Of a DNA stretch of 64,000 bases, positions 9,539-20,243 are shown piece after piece. Source of the DNA: Prevotella sp. GTDB taxonomy: Bacteria > Bacteroidota > Bacteroidia > Bacteroidales > Bacteroidaceae. The stretch is from NCBI GenBank assembly GCA_017417465.1, contig JAFPZD010000023.1, forward strand, positions 7,729 to 71,728. Direction: 5' to 3'. Every line of letters starts with the position of its first letter. Within the stretch, counting starts at the first letter, position 1. Made by a program: the position numbers and the translations under genes. Under the pieces are notes generated by a model. It searched no databases, was not told the DNA's origin, and saw only the letters and a program-made list of their open reading frames with translations.

Positions 9539-11014
9539 ATGCTGAACGAACTGATAACCAACATCAACGACGCGCTGTGGACCTACATCCTCATAGGCGC
9601 ACTGGTGGGCTGCGGGCTGTGGTTCACGTGGAAGACGCGCTTTGTGCAGTTCCGCATGATTGGCGAGATGGTCCGCCTGCTCGGCGAGGCTACCACCAGC
9701 AACGGCAAGGACAGGCGCCACGTCTCGTCGTTTCAAGCCTTTGCCGTCTCCGTGGCCACCCGCGTGGGAACGGGCAACCTCGCCGGCGTGGCTACGGCCA
9801 TCGCTATTGGCGGGCCAGGCTCAGTGTTCTGGATGTGGGTCATCGCCCTCATCGGCTCGGCGACAGCCTTCGTGGAGTCCACCCTCGGCCAGCTTTACAA
9901 GCAGCCACACCGCGACTCGTTCATCGGCGGTCCCGCCTACTACATCCGCTGCGGCCTGCACAGCCGGTGGATGTCGATGCTCTTCGCCATACTCATCACC
10001 ATCACCTTCGGCCTCTCCTACAACTCCATACAGAGCAACACCATCTGCGGCGCCATGAACGAGGTGTTTGGCTGGAGCCCCGTCTCCGTGGGCATCGCCC
10101 TGAGCGTGCTTGCACTGCTCATCGTCTTCGGCGGCATCCACCGCATCGCTCGCGTCAGCGCTGTGCTAGTGCCCCTGATGGCCATTGGCTACTTCGTGCT
10201 TGCCGTGGTCGTCATTGCCATGAACTTCAGGCTGATACCCCACGTGCTCGAAGTCATCGTGTCCAGCGCCTTCGGCTTCGAGCAGATAGCTGGCGGCGGA
10301 CTGGGTGCCACGATGATGAATGGTGTGAAGCGCGGCCTCTTCAGCAACGAGGCCGGCGAGGGCAGCGCCCCTAACGTGGCATCGACAGCCGACGTGACCC
10401 ACCCTGTGAAACAGGGGCTCATCCAGGCCCTGGGCGTGTTCACCGACACGCTGCTGGTATGCTCGTGTACGGCCTTCATCATCCTCATCAGCGGACTCTA
10501 CCAGACGCCCGGACTCAACGGCATCGCCCTCACGCAGGCCGCCCTACAGTCAGAGGTGGGCACGTGGGGACCGCTGTTCATCGCCATCGCTATCTTCCTC
10601 TTCGCCTTCTCAAGCATCATCGGCAACTACTATTACGGCGAAGCCAACATCCGCTTCATCATCCAGCACGCAAGGCCCCGTTCGACCGAAGGACGCTTGC
10701 TACCAAAGGGACACAAGAAACCTCAAACCTCAAATCTCAAATCTCAAACCATCCTCACCGTCTACCGCGTATTCTCAGGTGGCGTCATGGTCATGTTCGG
10801 CGCTATGGCCACCCTCGACCTGGTATGGAACCTAGGTGACCTCTGCATGGCACTGCTCACCGCCTGCAACCTTGTAGCCATCGCCGCCTTGGGCAAGTAT
10901 GCCTTCCGACTGCTCGACGACTACCGCCGACAGAAGCGCGCAGGCACCCGCGAGCCCGTCTTCCACCGCAGCCAGCTGCCCGAGATTGCCTCCGACCTGC
11001 CGTGCTGGGAGTAG
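9539..11014 (+). CDS. Alanine/glycine:cation symporter (AGCS family)
   Basis: RVGTGNLAGVA, GGPGSVFWMW, RGLFSNEAGEGS motifs. Confidence 0.95.
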   Translation: MLNELITNINDALWTYILIGALVGCGLWFTWKTRFVQFRMIGEMVRLLGEATTSNGKDRRHVSSFQAFAVSVATRVGTGNLAGVATAIAIGGPGSVFWMWVIALIGSATAFVESTLGQLYKQPHRDSFIGGPAYYIRCGLHSRWMSMLFAILITITFGLSYNSIQSNTICGAMNEVFGWSPVSVGIALSVLALLIVFGGIHRIARVSAVLVPLMAIGYFVLAVVVIAMNFRLIPHVLEVIVSSAFGFEQIAGGGLGATMMNGVKRGLFSNEAGEGSAPNVASTADVTHPVKQGLIQALGVFTDTLLVCSCTAFIILISGLYQTPGLNGIALTQAALQSEVGTWGPLFIAIAIFLFAFSSIIGNYYYGEANIRFIIQHARPRSTEGRLLPKGHKKPQTSNLKSQTILTVYRVFSGGVMVMFGAMATLDLVWNLGDLCMALLTACNLVAIAALGKYAFRLLDDYRRQKRAGTREPVFHRSQLPEIASDLPCWE

Positions 11015-11039
11015 GCTCGACAACAAGAAAGAAAGTCTC

Positions 11040-11504
11040 ATGAAACACTACAGCATACTTTTCGTCTGCCACGGCAACATCTGCCGCAGTCCGATGGCAG
11101 AGTTCGTCATGAAAGACCTAGTCCACAAAGCCGGTCTCGACGCGTCGTTCCACATCGAGTCGGCAGCCACGTCGACAGAGGAGATAGGTAATCCCGTCTA
11201 CCCCCCTGCCCGCCGCAAGCTGGCTGAGCACGGCATCTCGTCAGCAAGCAAGACGGCACGCCAGATGACGCGCGCCGATTACCACCGCTTCGACCTGCTC
11301 ATCGGCATGGACGACTGGAACATACGCAACATGCGCCGCATCTGTGGCGGCGACCCCGACGACAAGATCCATCAACTGATGGACTACACCAACAGGCCTG
11401 GCGAAGTGGCCGACCCGTGGTACACAGGCGACTTCGAAGCCACCTGGCGCGACGTACTCGAGGGCTGCAAAGGGCTGTTGGAGGAGTTAGGAGTTAGGAA
11501 TTAG
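11040..11504 (+). CDS. Low molecular weight protein-tyrosine phosphatase
   Basis: FVCHGNICRSPMAE P-loop and VADPWY. Confidence 0.95.
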   Translation: MKHYSILFVCHGNICRSPMAEFVMKDLVHKAGLDASFHIESAATSTEEIGNPVYPPARRKLAEHGISSASKTARQMTRADYHRFDLLIGMDDWNIRNMRRICGGDPDDKIHQLMDYTNRPGEVADPWYTGDFEATWRDVLEGCKGLLEELGVRN

Positions 11505-11627
11505 GAGTTAGGAGTTAGGAGTTAAAAGGTTGGAGTTGAATCGCGTTTGAGGTATTCTACTCCACCTCCTTTACTCCCTAACTCCTAATTCCTAACTCCT
11601 AATTCCTAACTCCTAATTCCTAACTCT
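11484..11627. repeat. Inverted-arm microsatellite element (GAGTTAG)n - core - (CTAACTC)n
   Basis: Arms are reverse complements and fill the gap between convergent stop codons. Confidence 0.9.
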
Positions 11628-12537
11628 ACTGCTTAATCTTGTCCCACGTCTGGCTCTGCGAGGCATTGATGCCGAAAAGAATCTCATAGGCCGACTCTTT
11701 TTCCTTCTGCGTACCCTTACCTTTGTAGATGCCGGCCAGCTCGTCCTTCTTATAGTCGGTCCAGATTTGCGGCAGCATGCTCAGCGGCTTGTCCTCGTGG
11801 GCTTTCTTCAGGCCGTTCTCAAGGGCTGTGGTGATGTTGGTGCGCCCACGCTCCACGTTCGACGCCATCTCGTCGAGGCCCGTGCGGTAGTAGTCGTACT
11901 GCAGCTGACGGAAAGGCTTCATCGCCTCGTCAAGATAGTCGTTGATGATGGCGAAGCGGTTGCGGTCGTCCTCGAACGACTTCCAGCCAGGGAATCCCAG
12001 GTCCTGCGCATTGTTCACCAGATACATACAGCGCTGCAGGATATCGGTGCCGCCCATGGGCGCGAAGCTGTCGAGGTCGAGTCCGATGATGAGGTAGGCG
12101 TAGTAGGCAAAAAGCGCCACAAGCTGATTGTCGATGACCTCCTCGTTGAAGTTCAGCTGGTCGAACTGCGCAAACTCAAAGTCGAAGTTCTTGTCACGGT
12201 TGTTATAGAGCGTGGTGGTGTACGACGCGTTGTACACCGGGCGGTTAGCTTGGATGATAGCCGTGCAGGTGAACTTGTTCTCCGACGGATCGTACTTCGT
12301 CACCGTGATGTTGAACGAGCACTGTATACGCTCGTTCTCCTGGAACTGTAGCGCCGTCCACTGGCGCTCGTTGACAAACTGCTCCAGCGTCTGCTGCAGG
12401 TTCTCGAACACCGACTTGTCGGTGCCCTGCACCTGCTGGGTGTTGAAGTTGATCTTCGCCAGCAGCTCCTGGGCGGCCACGGTGGCTGTCGCCCACTGGC
12501 AGACGAGTAATATCAGAGCCAGAATGATTCGCTTCAT
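11626..12537 (-). CDS. DUF4835 family protein (T9SS-associated PorD-like)
   Basis: QEL...F.N.R.WT, RPVYNASY, FAYYAYLIIGLDLDSF; usual position between coaBC and recN. Confidence 0.8.
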   Translation of the reverse strand: MKRIILALILLVCQWATATVAAQELLAKINFNTQQVQGTDKSVFENLQQTLEQFVNERQWTALQFQENERIQCSFNITVTKYDPSENKFTCTAIIQANRPVYNASYTTTLYNNRDKNFDFEFAQFDQLNFNEEVIDNQLVALFAYYAYLIIGLDLDSFAPMGGTDILQRCMYLVNNAQDLGFPGWKSFEDDRNRFAIINDYLDEAMKPFRQLQYDYYRTGLDEMASNVERGRTNITTALENGLKKAHEDKPLSMLPQIWTDYKKDELAGIYKGKGTQKEKESAYEILFGINASQSQTWDKIKQ

Positions 12538-12762
12538 ACCGGATGGTGTTGATTAGACAATGATTGCGCGCGCACACCGCTTACGGTATGCCCGTGCAAA
12601 AGTACAACTAATTTTCGAAACGCCCAAATTTTCGCGTGAAAACTTCATAAGCGAGCATCAGAAACGCCCGTCAGTCGCACATAGTCCCCATGATTATCAC
12701 GTCAAAAGCGCCATTTTCGAGATCAGGACGGGAAAAGGTGTCTCCCAGAGGACTGATAGTCG

Positions 12763-12902
12763 TCTCCGAGTTCTCTACCAGTCCTCTCCGAGATCTCTAC
12801 CAGTCCTCTCCGAGATCTCTGCCAGTCCTCTCCGAGATCTCTGCCAGTCGTCTCTGAGATCTCTGCCAGTCCTCTCCGAGATCTCTGCCAGTCCTCTCCG
12901 AG
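12763..12902. repeat. 22-bp tandem repeat TCTCCGAGATCTCTRCCAGTCC, six copies plus a partial
   Basis: Head-to-tail units with no spacers. Confidence 0.92.
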
Positions 12903-12946
12903 CAAAGGGGGAGTCCGCTCGGAGCAGAGTGGTAGCCGAGAATCAG

Positions 12947-12985
12947 AAAGGCGTGCACTGCTCCTGCCGAGCGGTGCACGCCTTT
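12947..12985 (-). terminator. Hairpin, probable intrinsic terminator of the 13002-15626 gene
   Basis: AAAGGCGTGCACTGCTC / GAGCGGTGCACGCCTTT stem. Confidence 0.65.
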
Positions 12986-13001
12986 GCGTTGTTGCTATGC
13001 G

Positions 13002-15626
13002 CTACCGTTTGGTGGCCACGCAGCAGGGTTCCTCCAGCCTGGTCGTTGTTCCAGGAGCCGTCAGATACTGGCGCGCCATCCACGTTGTGGGTTCGCTGAA
13101 CCCATCCTCATCCTTGAAGATGCGGAATTCGCCAACTTCCATGATGATGCCGGCGGGATCGTACTTGTCAAGCATTACGAAACCATAATAGAAGTCCTTA
13201 ATGCCGCTGGTGGTCTTCGTTCCCGACAGGATTGTTGCCATCTTAGTGGTTGTTCCATACTCGTCGTTTCGCTTGCTGTCAAGGATGATGAACACGGTGA
13301 AGTTGTCGCCCTTTCCCAAAACGATGGCTTCCTGTCGCTCGGAAGACGACAATACCGTGGAACCTCGCGTCTCTTCTCTATAGACGACGGTGTTCTGAAT
13401 CATGTCCTGACTGGTGAACTCGGCTATATGGTCAGCGAAATTGTCAGATTGATAGCCATCGGAGCTATAGACCAATACGTTTTTGCTCAGCTTATAGGTT
13501 CCCTCGATGACGGGTGGCGTGTTGCCAGAATAGATGGGCATGTAGGGACGCATCCGTCGGAGATACTCTTCGGGAATGGTCTGGATGATGCGCGGATCGA
13601 ACTCGGCATCGACAACGGTGAACTCGGTGATGAAATCAGTACCACCCACGCGGTTCTCCTTGACGTGGAGTGCCACGGTCTTGACGGCGCCAAACTCGGG
13701 TGTCTGAGCAGAAATATAGATTGTGCCCTCGTTGGTGTATGTCAATTCTCTGACTGTCAGAGTGCCGATGTTGCCCTGTTCGTCGGTTGTCTTCAGTTCG
13801 AGTGAGAGCTCGCCGCTGTAGTACTTATGGTATAAGACGGAGGCCATGGCAGCGGGTGTGACACTGTACTTCAGGTGCAGATCACCTCCCCATTCGGTTT
13901 TGGTCTCAGTGACGTGCCCTGTGCCGTCAGGCATGACAACGATGCTCTGCACGCGGTCGCGGAGGCGGGCATACTCGTCGAAGACGACGAGTCGCACCTT
14001 CTGCTTGTTGTTGTAGGTTATCTCGCAGTAGTCGTCGGTGAGCTTAATGTCGTTGATGACGCCTGTGTAGCGGCTGATGTACTCGTTGATGACGGTGGTG
14101 TTGTTGAAGTAGTTGGTGATGATTTCCTCAAGGAAGCTGTAGTTGAACACCTCATTATAATACACGCGCAAATAGTCGAGCACTACCTCCTGCAGAATAT
14201 CGACGTCGAAGAGTGTTGTCTGATGGCTTTCGACATAGGTGTTGATGATATTCTCGATGTCGATGCTCTTCACGAAGATGTTATAGTTCACCTGGAAGTA
14301 CTTGGTGACGATGTCGACCAGCAGGTCACGGCTGATGACGGTGGTCTCGTTCTCGGTGATGTAGTTGTTGATGATGCGGTGGATGGTCTCGTTGTCGATG
14401 AACGTGTTGTAGTTGTTCTGAACGTAGGTGTTGATGATTTCACGTATGAGCGTCTCGTTGAAGATGGTCGAGAAGTTCAGGGTGATGTACTTGCTGAAGA
14501 GCTGCGCCAGGATCTGCTGGTCGAAGATCTGGACGTAGTTGTTCTGCACATACTCAATCAGGAGGTTGAAGACGAGCTCGTTGTTGACGATGACATCCTG
14601 ATGCTGGTCGAGGTAGTTGTAGATAACTTCGCGCAGCAGGTCGACGTCAATGTAGTTCTCGTTGTTCTGAACGAAGTTGTTGAAGACCTCCAGGAGAAGC
14701 TGGTCGTCGAAGACGGTGGTCTTGTTGAGAGTCATGTAGTTGGTGAAGATCTCGTAGAGCACCTCGTTGTTGACAAAGACCTCCTGATGCTCGCGCATGA
14801 AGCTTAGGATGAGGTCGATGAGCTGGTCGACGTCGACTTGGTTGGTGTAATACTCGTAGTTGTACTGACTGAAAATCTTCTCGAGCAGCTCATAGCTGAA
14901 CACGGCACTGTAGTGATTGTGAACGTAGCTAAAGATGGTCTGGTGGAGCTTCTTGACATCGAACAGGAGCGAATAGTTCTGCTGGATGTAGGTCGAGATG
15001 ACCTGGTAGAGGATGTCCTGACTGATGACGGTGGTGCTGTAGCGACTGACGTAGGTGTTCAGTATCTGCAGCAGCACCTCATTGTTGATAACGATGCTGG
15101 CGTAGGCGTCGACAGTCTGGAAGGTCACACCGCCATCGATCGAGATGAGCCATTGCAGGGTGACTTGGTCGTACTTCACCACGGGTGTAACGTCGGTGGT
15201 ACGGATGGGCCGCCCGTCGTCGTCGGTCAGCACGACGCCGTTCAGCGTCCAGTAGAAGAATCCGTTGATTTGCGTCATGCTGACGGCGGGCATAGGCATC
15301 AGCACGTTGTCGGGGCCGCTCTGCAGGACGATGATCCGCCCGTTGGAGAGCGTCAGCTGGTAGCCGTCGGTAGTGGTCTCGACGGAGGTGATGTAGAAGT
15401 TCTGCTCCACAGCAACCGAGAGGGCAGCGAGGGCTTCCACCTGCGCGTTGAAGGTTTTCACCTGGTTCTCTATTTTGGTGACGCGCTGCTCGATGCCGGC
15501 ATGGCGGTCGTTCAGCTCATCGATGTCGTCCTGATAGTCCTTACCGCAGGCAGTAAGGATGACGGAGGCGACGACGGCGACAAGCATCAGCGCTAAATGA
15601 TGTATCTGTCTCATAGTCTTTCTCAT
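13002..15626 (-). CDS. Lipoprotein with DUF4988/PL29-N-like N-terminus, long ~21-aa repeat region and an extra C-terminal domain
   Basis: Lipobox LTAC-GKDYQDDI, coiled coil, YWTLNG..LTD.DG, WLISIDGG; tail contains IYSGNTPPVIEGTY. Confidence 0.7.
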   Translation of the reverse strand: MRKTMRQIHHLALMLVAVVASVILTACGKDYQDDIDELNDRHAGIEQRVTKIENQVKTFNAQVEALAALSVAVEQNFYITSVETTTDGYQLTLSNGRIIVLQSGPDNVLMPMPAVSMTQINGFFYWTLNGVVLTDDDGRPIRTTDVTPVVKYDQVTLQWLISIDGGVTFQTVDAYASIVINNEVLLQILNTYVSRYSTTVISQDILYQVISTYIQQNYSLLFDVKKLHQTIFSYVHNHYSAVFSYELLEKIFSQYNYEYYTNQVDVDQLIDLILSFMREHQEVFVNNEVLYEIFTNYMTLNKTTVFDDQLLLEVFNNFVQNNENYIDVDLLREVIYNYLDQHQDVIVNNELVFNLLIEYVQNNYVQIFDQQILAQLFSKYITLNFSTIFNETLIREIINTYVQNNYNTFIDNETIHRIINNYITENETTVISRDLLVDIVTKYFQVNYNIFVKSIDIENIINTYVESHQTTLFDVDILQEVVLDYLRVYYNEVFNYSFLEEIITNYFNNTTVINEYISRYTGVINDIKLTDDYCEITYNNKQKVRLVVFDEYARLRDRVQSIVVMPDGTGHVTETKTEWGGDLHLKYSVTPAAMASVLYHKYYSGELSLELKTTDEQGNIGTLTVRELTYTNEGTIYISAQTPEFGAVKTVALHVKENRVGGTDFITEFTVVDAEFDPRIIQTIPEEYLRRMRPYMPIYSGNTPPVIEGTYKLSKNVLVYSSDGYQSDNFADHIAEFTSQDMIQNTVVYREETRGSTVLSSSERQEAIVLGKGDNFTVFIILDSKRNDEYGTTTKMATILSGTKTTSGIKDFYYGFVMLDKYDPAGIIMEVGEFRIFKDEDGFSEPTTWMARQYLTAPGTTTRLEEPCCVATKR

Positions 15627-15631
15627 ATCTA

Positions 15632-15840
15632 GAGTTAGGAATTAGGAGTTAAGAGTTAGGAGTTAAGAGTTAGGAGTTAGGAGTTGGGAATTAGGAGTTA
15701 GGAGTTTCATGCATTACATTGCTGCAGCAAGTCTATCGTCCCTTTAACTCCCCTTTAACTTCCCTTTAACTCCCCTTTAACTCCCCTTTAACTCCCCTTT
15801 AACTCCCCTTTAACTTCCCTTTAACTCCCCTTTAACTCCC
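15632..15840. repeat. Hybrid inverted element: (GAGTTAG)n left arm, (CCTTTAACTC)n right arm
   Basis: A 7-mer array and a 10-mer array sharing the GAGTTA core in opposite orientation. Confidence 0.9.
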
Positions 15841-17870
15841 TAATACCAATGATAGTTGTCTTCCCAGTCGATGGGCGTGAACGACGTACGATAGTCGGTG
15901 CCACCCTCAAAGTTGTCGTATACATGGAGGGCAATGGTCTTCGACGATTCCATATAGGTCTTGAGCCAGTAGATGTTCGCCGTCAGGCGTCCGTTTTCGT
16001 CGGCAGTGACCTGTTCGGCATGATAGGCGCTACGGTTGCCATTGGCATCGAGCACCTCGAAGTCGACACCTATCTGGCTATTGGCATTCTGCGCGATGAC
16101 GTTGGCCATGGCGGCAGGCGTGACCAGATAGGTCAGCGTGCAATAGTCGTAAGAGGTGTAATGGGTGACATGGCCGTTGCTGTTAGGCACGATGACGATG
16201 CTCTGCACACGGTCACGGACACGGGCAAAGGCATCGTAGACGAGCAAGTCGACCGTCTGGTATTTGTTGAAGGTCACCTGTAGCACGTCGCCCTCGAGGC
16301 TCACTTTGTTGATGATGCCACTGTTCTCGCTGACATACTTGTTGATGATGGTTGAATTGTCGAAGTAATTGGTAATGATGCGCTCAAGGAAGTCGTAGTT
16401 GAACACTTCGTTGTAGTACTTCTGCACATAGCTGGACACCACCTGCCTGACGATGTCGACGTCGATGATGGTCGTCTTGTGCTCTGAGACATACTTGTTG
16501 ACGATGTTTCGGATGACGGTCTCGTCGACCAGTATGTTGTAGTTCTTCTGGAAGTAGGCATGAATGACCTCGTAGAGGATGTTCTCGTCGATGAAGGTGG
16601 TCTTGTTCTTAGTGATGTAATTGTTCAGAATCTCGTGAATAGTCTCAGTGCTGATGAACGTGTTGTAGTTGTTCTGAACGAAGGTATTGATGATTTCCTG
16701 AATGAGTGTCTCGTTGAAGATGGTGGAACGGTTCACCTTGATGTATTCGTTGATCATCTGATAGAGAATCTGCTCGCTGAAAATCACCTTGTAGTTGTTC
16801 TGCACATACTGCATGAGCACGTTTTTGATGAACTCGTTGTTGACGATGACGTCCTGATGCTCCTCTACGTAGTTATAGACGATGCGCTTGATGAGGTCGA
16901 CGTCGATGAAGGTGGTGTTGTTCTGAATGAAGTTGTTGATGACCTCGACGATGATCTCGCTGCTGAAGATGTCGGTCTTGTTAACCTCAACATAGTTCTT
17001 GATGATCTCGTACAGCACCTCGTTGTTGATGAAAATCTCCTTGTGCTCCTGGATAAAGTTGACGAGAATATTAGTAATGATGTCGACATCGATGTGGCGA
17101 GCGGCATACTCGAAGTTGTACTGGTTGAAGATTTGCTCGAGCAGCTTGTAGTCGAAAATGGCGGTGTAGTGACGCTCAACGTAGTTGACGATGACCTGGT
17201 TCAGCACATCGATGTTGAACAGTTTGCTGTAGTTCTGCTGAATGTAGGTCGAGATGATCTGGAAGAGAATCTCGCTGCTGAAAACAGTTCTGCTGTGCTG
17301 GCTGACATAAGTATTCAGCACCTGCAACAAAACTTCGTCGTTAATGACGATGGAGGCATAGACATTGACCGACTTAAAAGTCACACCACCATCGAACGAG
17401 ATGAGCCATTGCAGGGTGATGCTGTCGTACTTCACCACAGGCGTCTGGCCGTTGGCAGGGAGAGGGCGACCGTCGTCGTCAGTGAGCAGCATGCCGTTCA
17501 GCGTCCAGTAGTAGATGCCGTTGATGATAGTCATACTGATGGCGGGGGCGGGCATCAGTGTGTTCGACGGACCGTTCATCAGCACGATGACGGAGCCATT
17601 CGACAGCGTCAGCTCGTAGCCGTTGGCGGTGGTCTTCACTGACGTGATGTAGAACCCGTTCTCGATGGCGACGGCCAGCTTCGATAGCGTCGAGAGGTCG
17701 TCGTTAATCTTAGTGACCTGCGTCTCAAGGACTTTCACACGCTGATCGAGTTGGTCGTACTTGGTGTTCAGGTCGTCAATATCGTCCTGAAAGTCCTTGC
17801 TGCACGAAGTGGCAAGGAAAGAGATGGCTACTGTCGTCAGCAGCATCGCAAATAGTCTGATTTGCTTCAT
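15840..17870 (-). CDS. Paralogous DUF4988-like lipoprotein with ~21-aa repeat region
   Basis: ATSC-SKDFQDDI lipobox; colinear with the 13002-15626 protein. Confidence 0.7.
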   Translation of the reverse strand: MKQIRLFAMLLTTVAISFLATSCSKDFQDDIDDLNTKYDQLDQRVKVLETQVTKINDDLSTLSKLAVAIENGFYITSVKTTANGYELTLSNGSVIVLMNGPSNTLMPAPAISMTIINGIYYWTLNGMLLTDDDGRPLPANGQTPVVKYDSITLQWLISFDGGVTFKSVNVYASIVINDEVLLQVLNTYVSQHSRTVFSSEILFQIISTYIQQNYSKLFNIDVLNQVIVNYVERHYTAIFDYKLLEQIFNQYNFEYAARHIDVDIITNILVNFIQEHKEIFINNEVLYEIIKNYVEVNKTDIFSSEIIVEVINNFIQNNTTFIDVDLIKRIVYNYVEEHQDVIVNNEFIKNVLMQYVQNNYKVIFSEQILYQMINEYIKVNRSTIFNETLIQEIINTFVQNNYNTFISTETIHEILNNYITKNKTTFIDENILYEVIHAYFQKNYNILVDETVIRNIVNKYVSEHKTTIIDVDIVRQVVSSYVQKYYNEVFNYDFLERIITNYFDNSTIINKYVSENSGIINKVSLEGDVLQVTFNKYQTVDLLVYDAFARVRDRVQSIVIVPNSNGHVTHYTSYDYCTLTYLVTPAAMANVIAQNANSQIGVDFEVLDANGNRSAYHAEQVTADENGRLTANIYWLKTYMESSKTIALHVYDNFEGGTDYRTSFTPIDWEDNYHWY

Positions 17871-17935
17871 AGTTCTGTATTAATTATTTGAGTTATTGGT
17901 TGCTAAGTGTTGGGGGATGATGGGGACGGCTGGCG

Positions 17936-19206
<1,271 letters not shown>

Positions 19207-19210
<4 letters not shown>

Positions 19211-20079
19211 GCCTTTCTCTGCGCCTGGCGCAGCCTGATGCGGGTGAGCACCTGCTTGGTGTTATACGTAAAGTCTCCAGAAAGAATCCAGGCGTAGTAG
19301 CCAGGATCGTAGCGCAGCACGTCGGCCACGGTCTTGCCCTTGTGCTTGCCGAAGTTGAAGTACTCGGTCATCACGGGCTTGCCGTCGGCATCGACGATCG
19401 TCTGGCCTTTGGCATCCTTGGCCTCGCCCCAGACAATGCGGCCGGCAAAGTCGACGTTGTTGTTCACCTTCGAGATTTCGGCCAGACAGTCCATGTCGTT
19501 GCGCAGCACACGGCCATCAGGGTCTTCGCCCAGCTCCAGCTGGTGCGCCTCAGTGTAGTAGTCGAGCTCGGCCTGCAGGATGCGGTAGGTGGCTTCGGTG
19601 TCCTGATCGGCACGGTGGGCCTCGAAGTCGTCCTCCATCTTCCGCCCACAATAGAACTTGTAGGCAGCAGCGAGGTTACGACGCTCCAGCTTGTGGAAAA
19701 TGGTCTGCGCATCGATGAGACGGCACTTCGAGAAGTCGAAGTCGATGCCAGCACGCAGGAACTCTTCAGCCAGCAGAGGGATGTCGAAATGGTTGGAGTT
19801 GAAACCGGCAAAGTCGCAGCCGGTAAAGGTGTCACAGAGCTGCTTGGCCAGCTGTTTGAAGGTGGGCTTGTCCTTAACGCTCTCGTCGGAGATGCCCGTC
19901 AGCTGGGTAATCTCAGGCTTGATGGGCACTTCGGGGTTGACAAGGTGGTCGCCTCGCTCCTCCAAGCCGTTGGGGTACACCTTAATATATGATATCTGTA
20001 TGATGCGGTCGTTGACCAAATCAAGACCGGTCGTCTCCAAGTCAAAGACGACCAGCGGCTTCGTAAGGTTCAGTTTCAT
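19207..20079 (-). CDS. DEDDh 3'-5' exonuclease (DNA polymerase III epsilon-like)
   Basis: VFDLETTG, GFNSNHFD, AHRADQD, FNFGKHKG; directly follows dnaN. Confidence 0.9.
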
Positions 20080-20243
20080 GGAAAAATGATGGAAATTAAG
20101 AAATTGAGACAATGAGAGTAATTGAGGAAACGAGAAATTGCAGAAATGTGAAAATGAGAAAATGAGAATTGCTGCTGCGTTGTACCTGCAAACAGTAATG
20201 TCTCATTTTCTCATTCTCACATTTTCTTATTCTCACAATTTCT
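20080..20243. repeat. Degenerate inverted-arm element (AATGAGA arm / TCTCATT arm)
   Basis: Purine-rich arm, core, then pyrimidine-rich arm between dnaN and the exonuclease gene. Confidence 0.75.

Noticed and set aside
12763-12902. CRISPR array (also considered at 26066, 38930, 47374 and 58045)
   Set aside because: Units are head-to-tail with no unique spacers, and no cas genes were recognised
13875-17642. Long plus-strand V/D-rich ORFs
   Set aside because: Antisense shadows of the N/I/Y-rich repeat proteins
13002-17870. Diversity-generating retroelement template/variable pair
   Set aside because: The paralogues differ throughout, not only at adenines, and no reverse transcriptase is present
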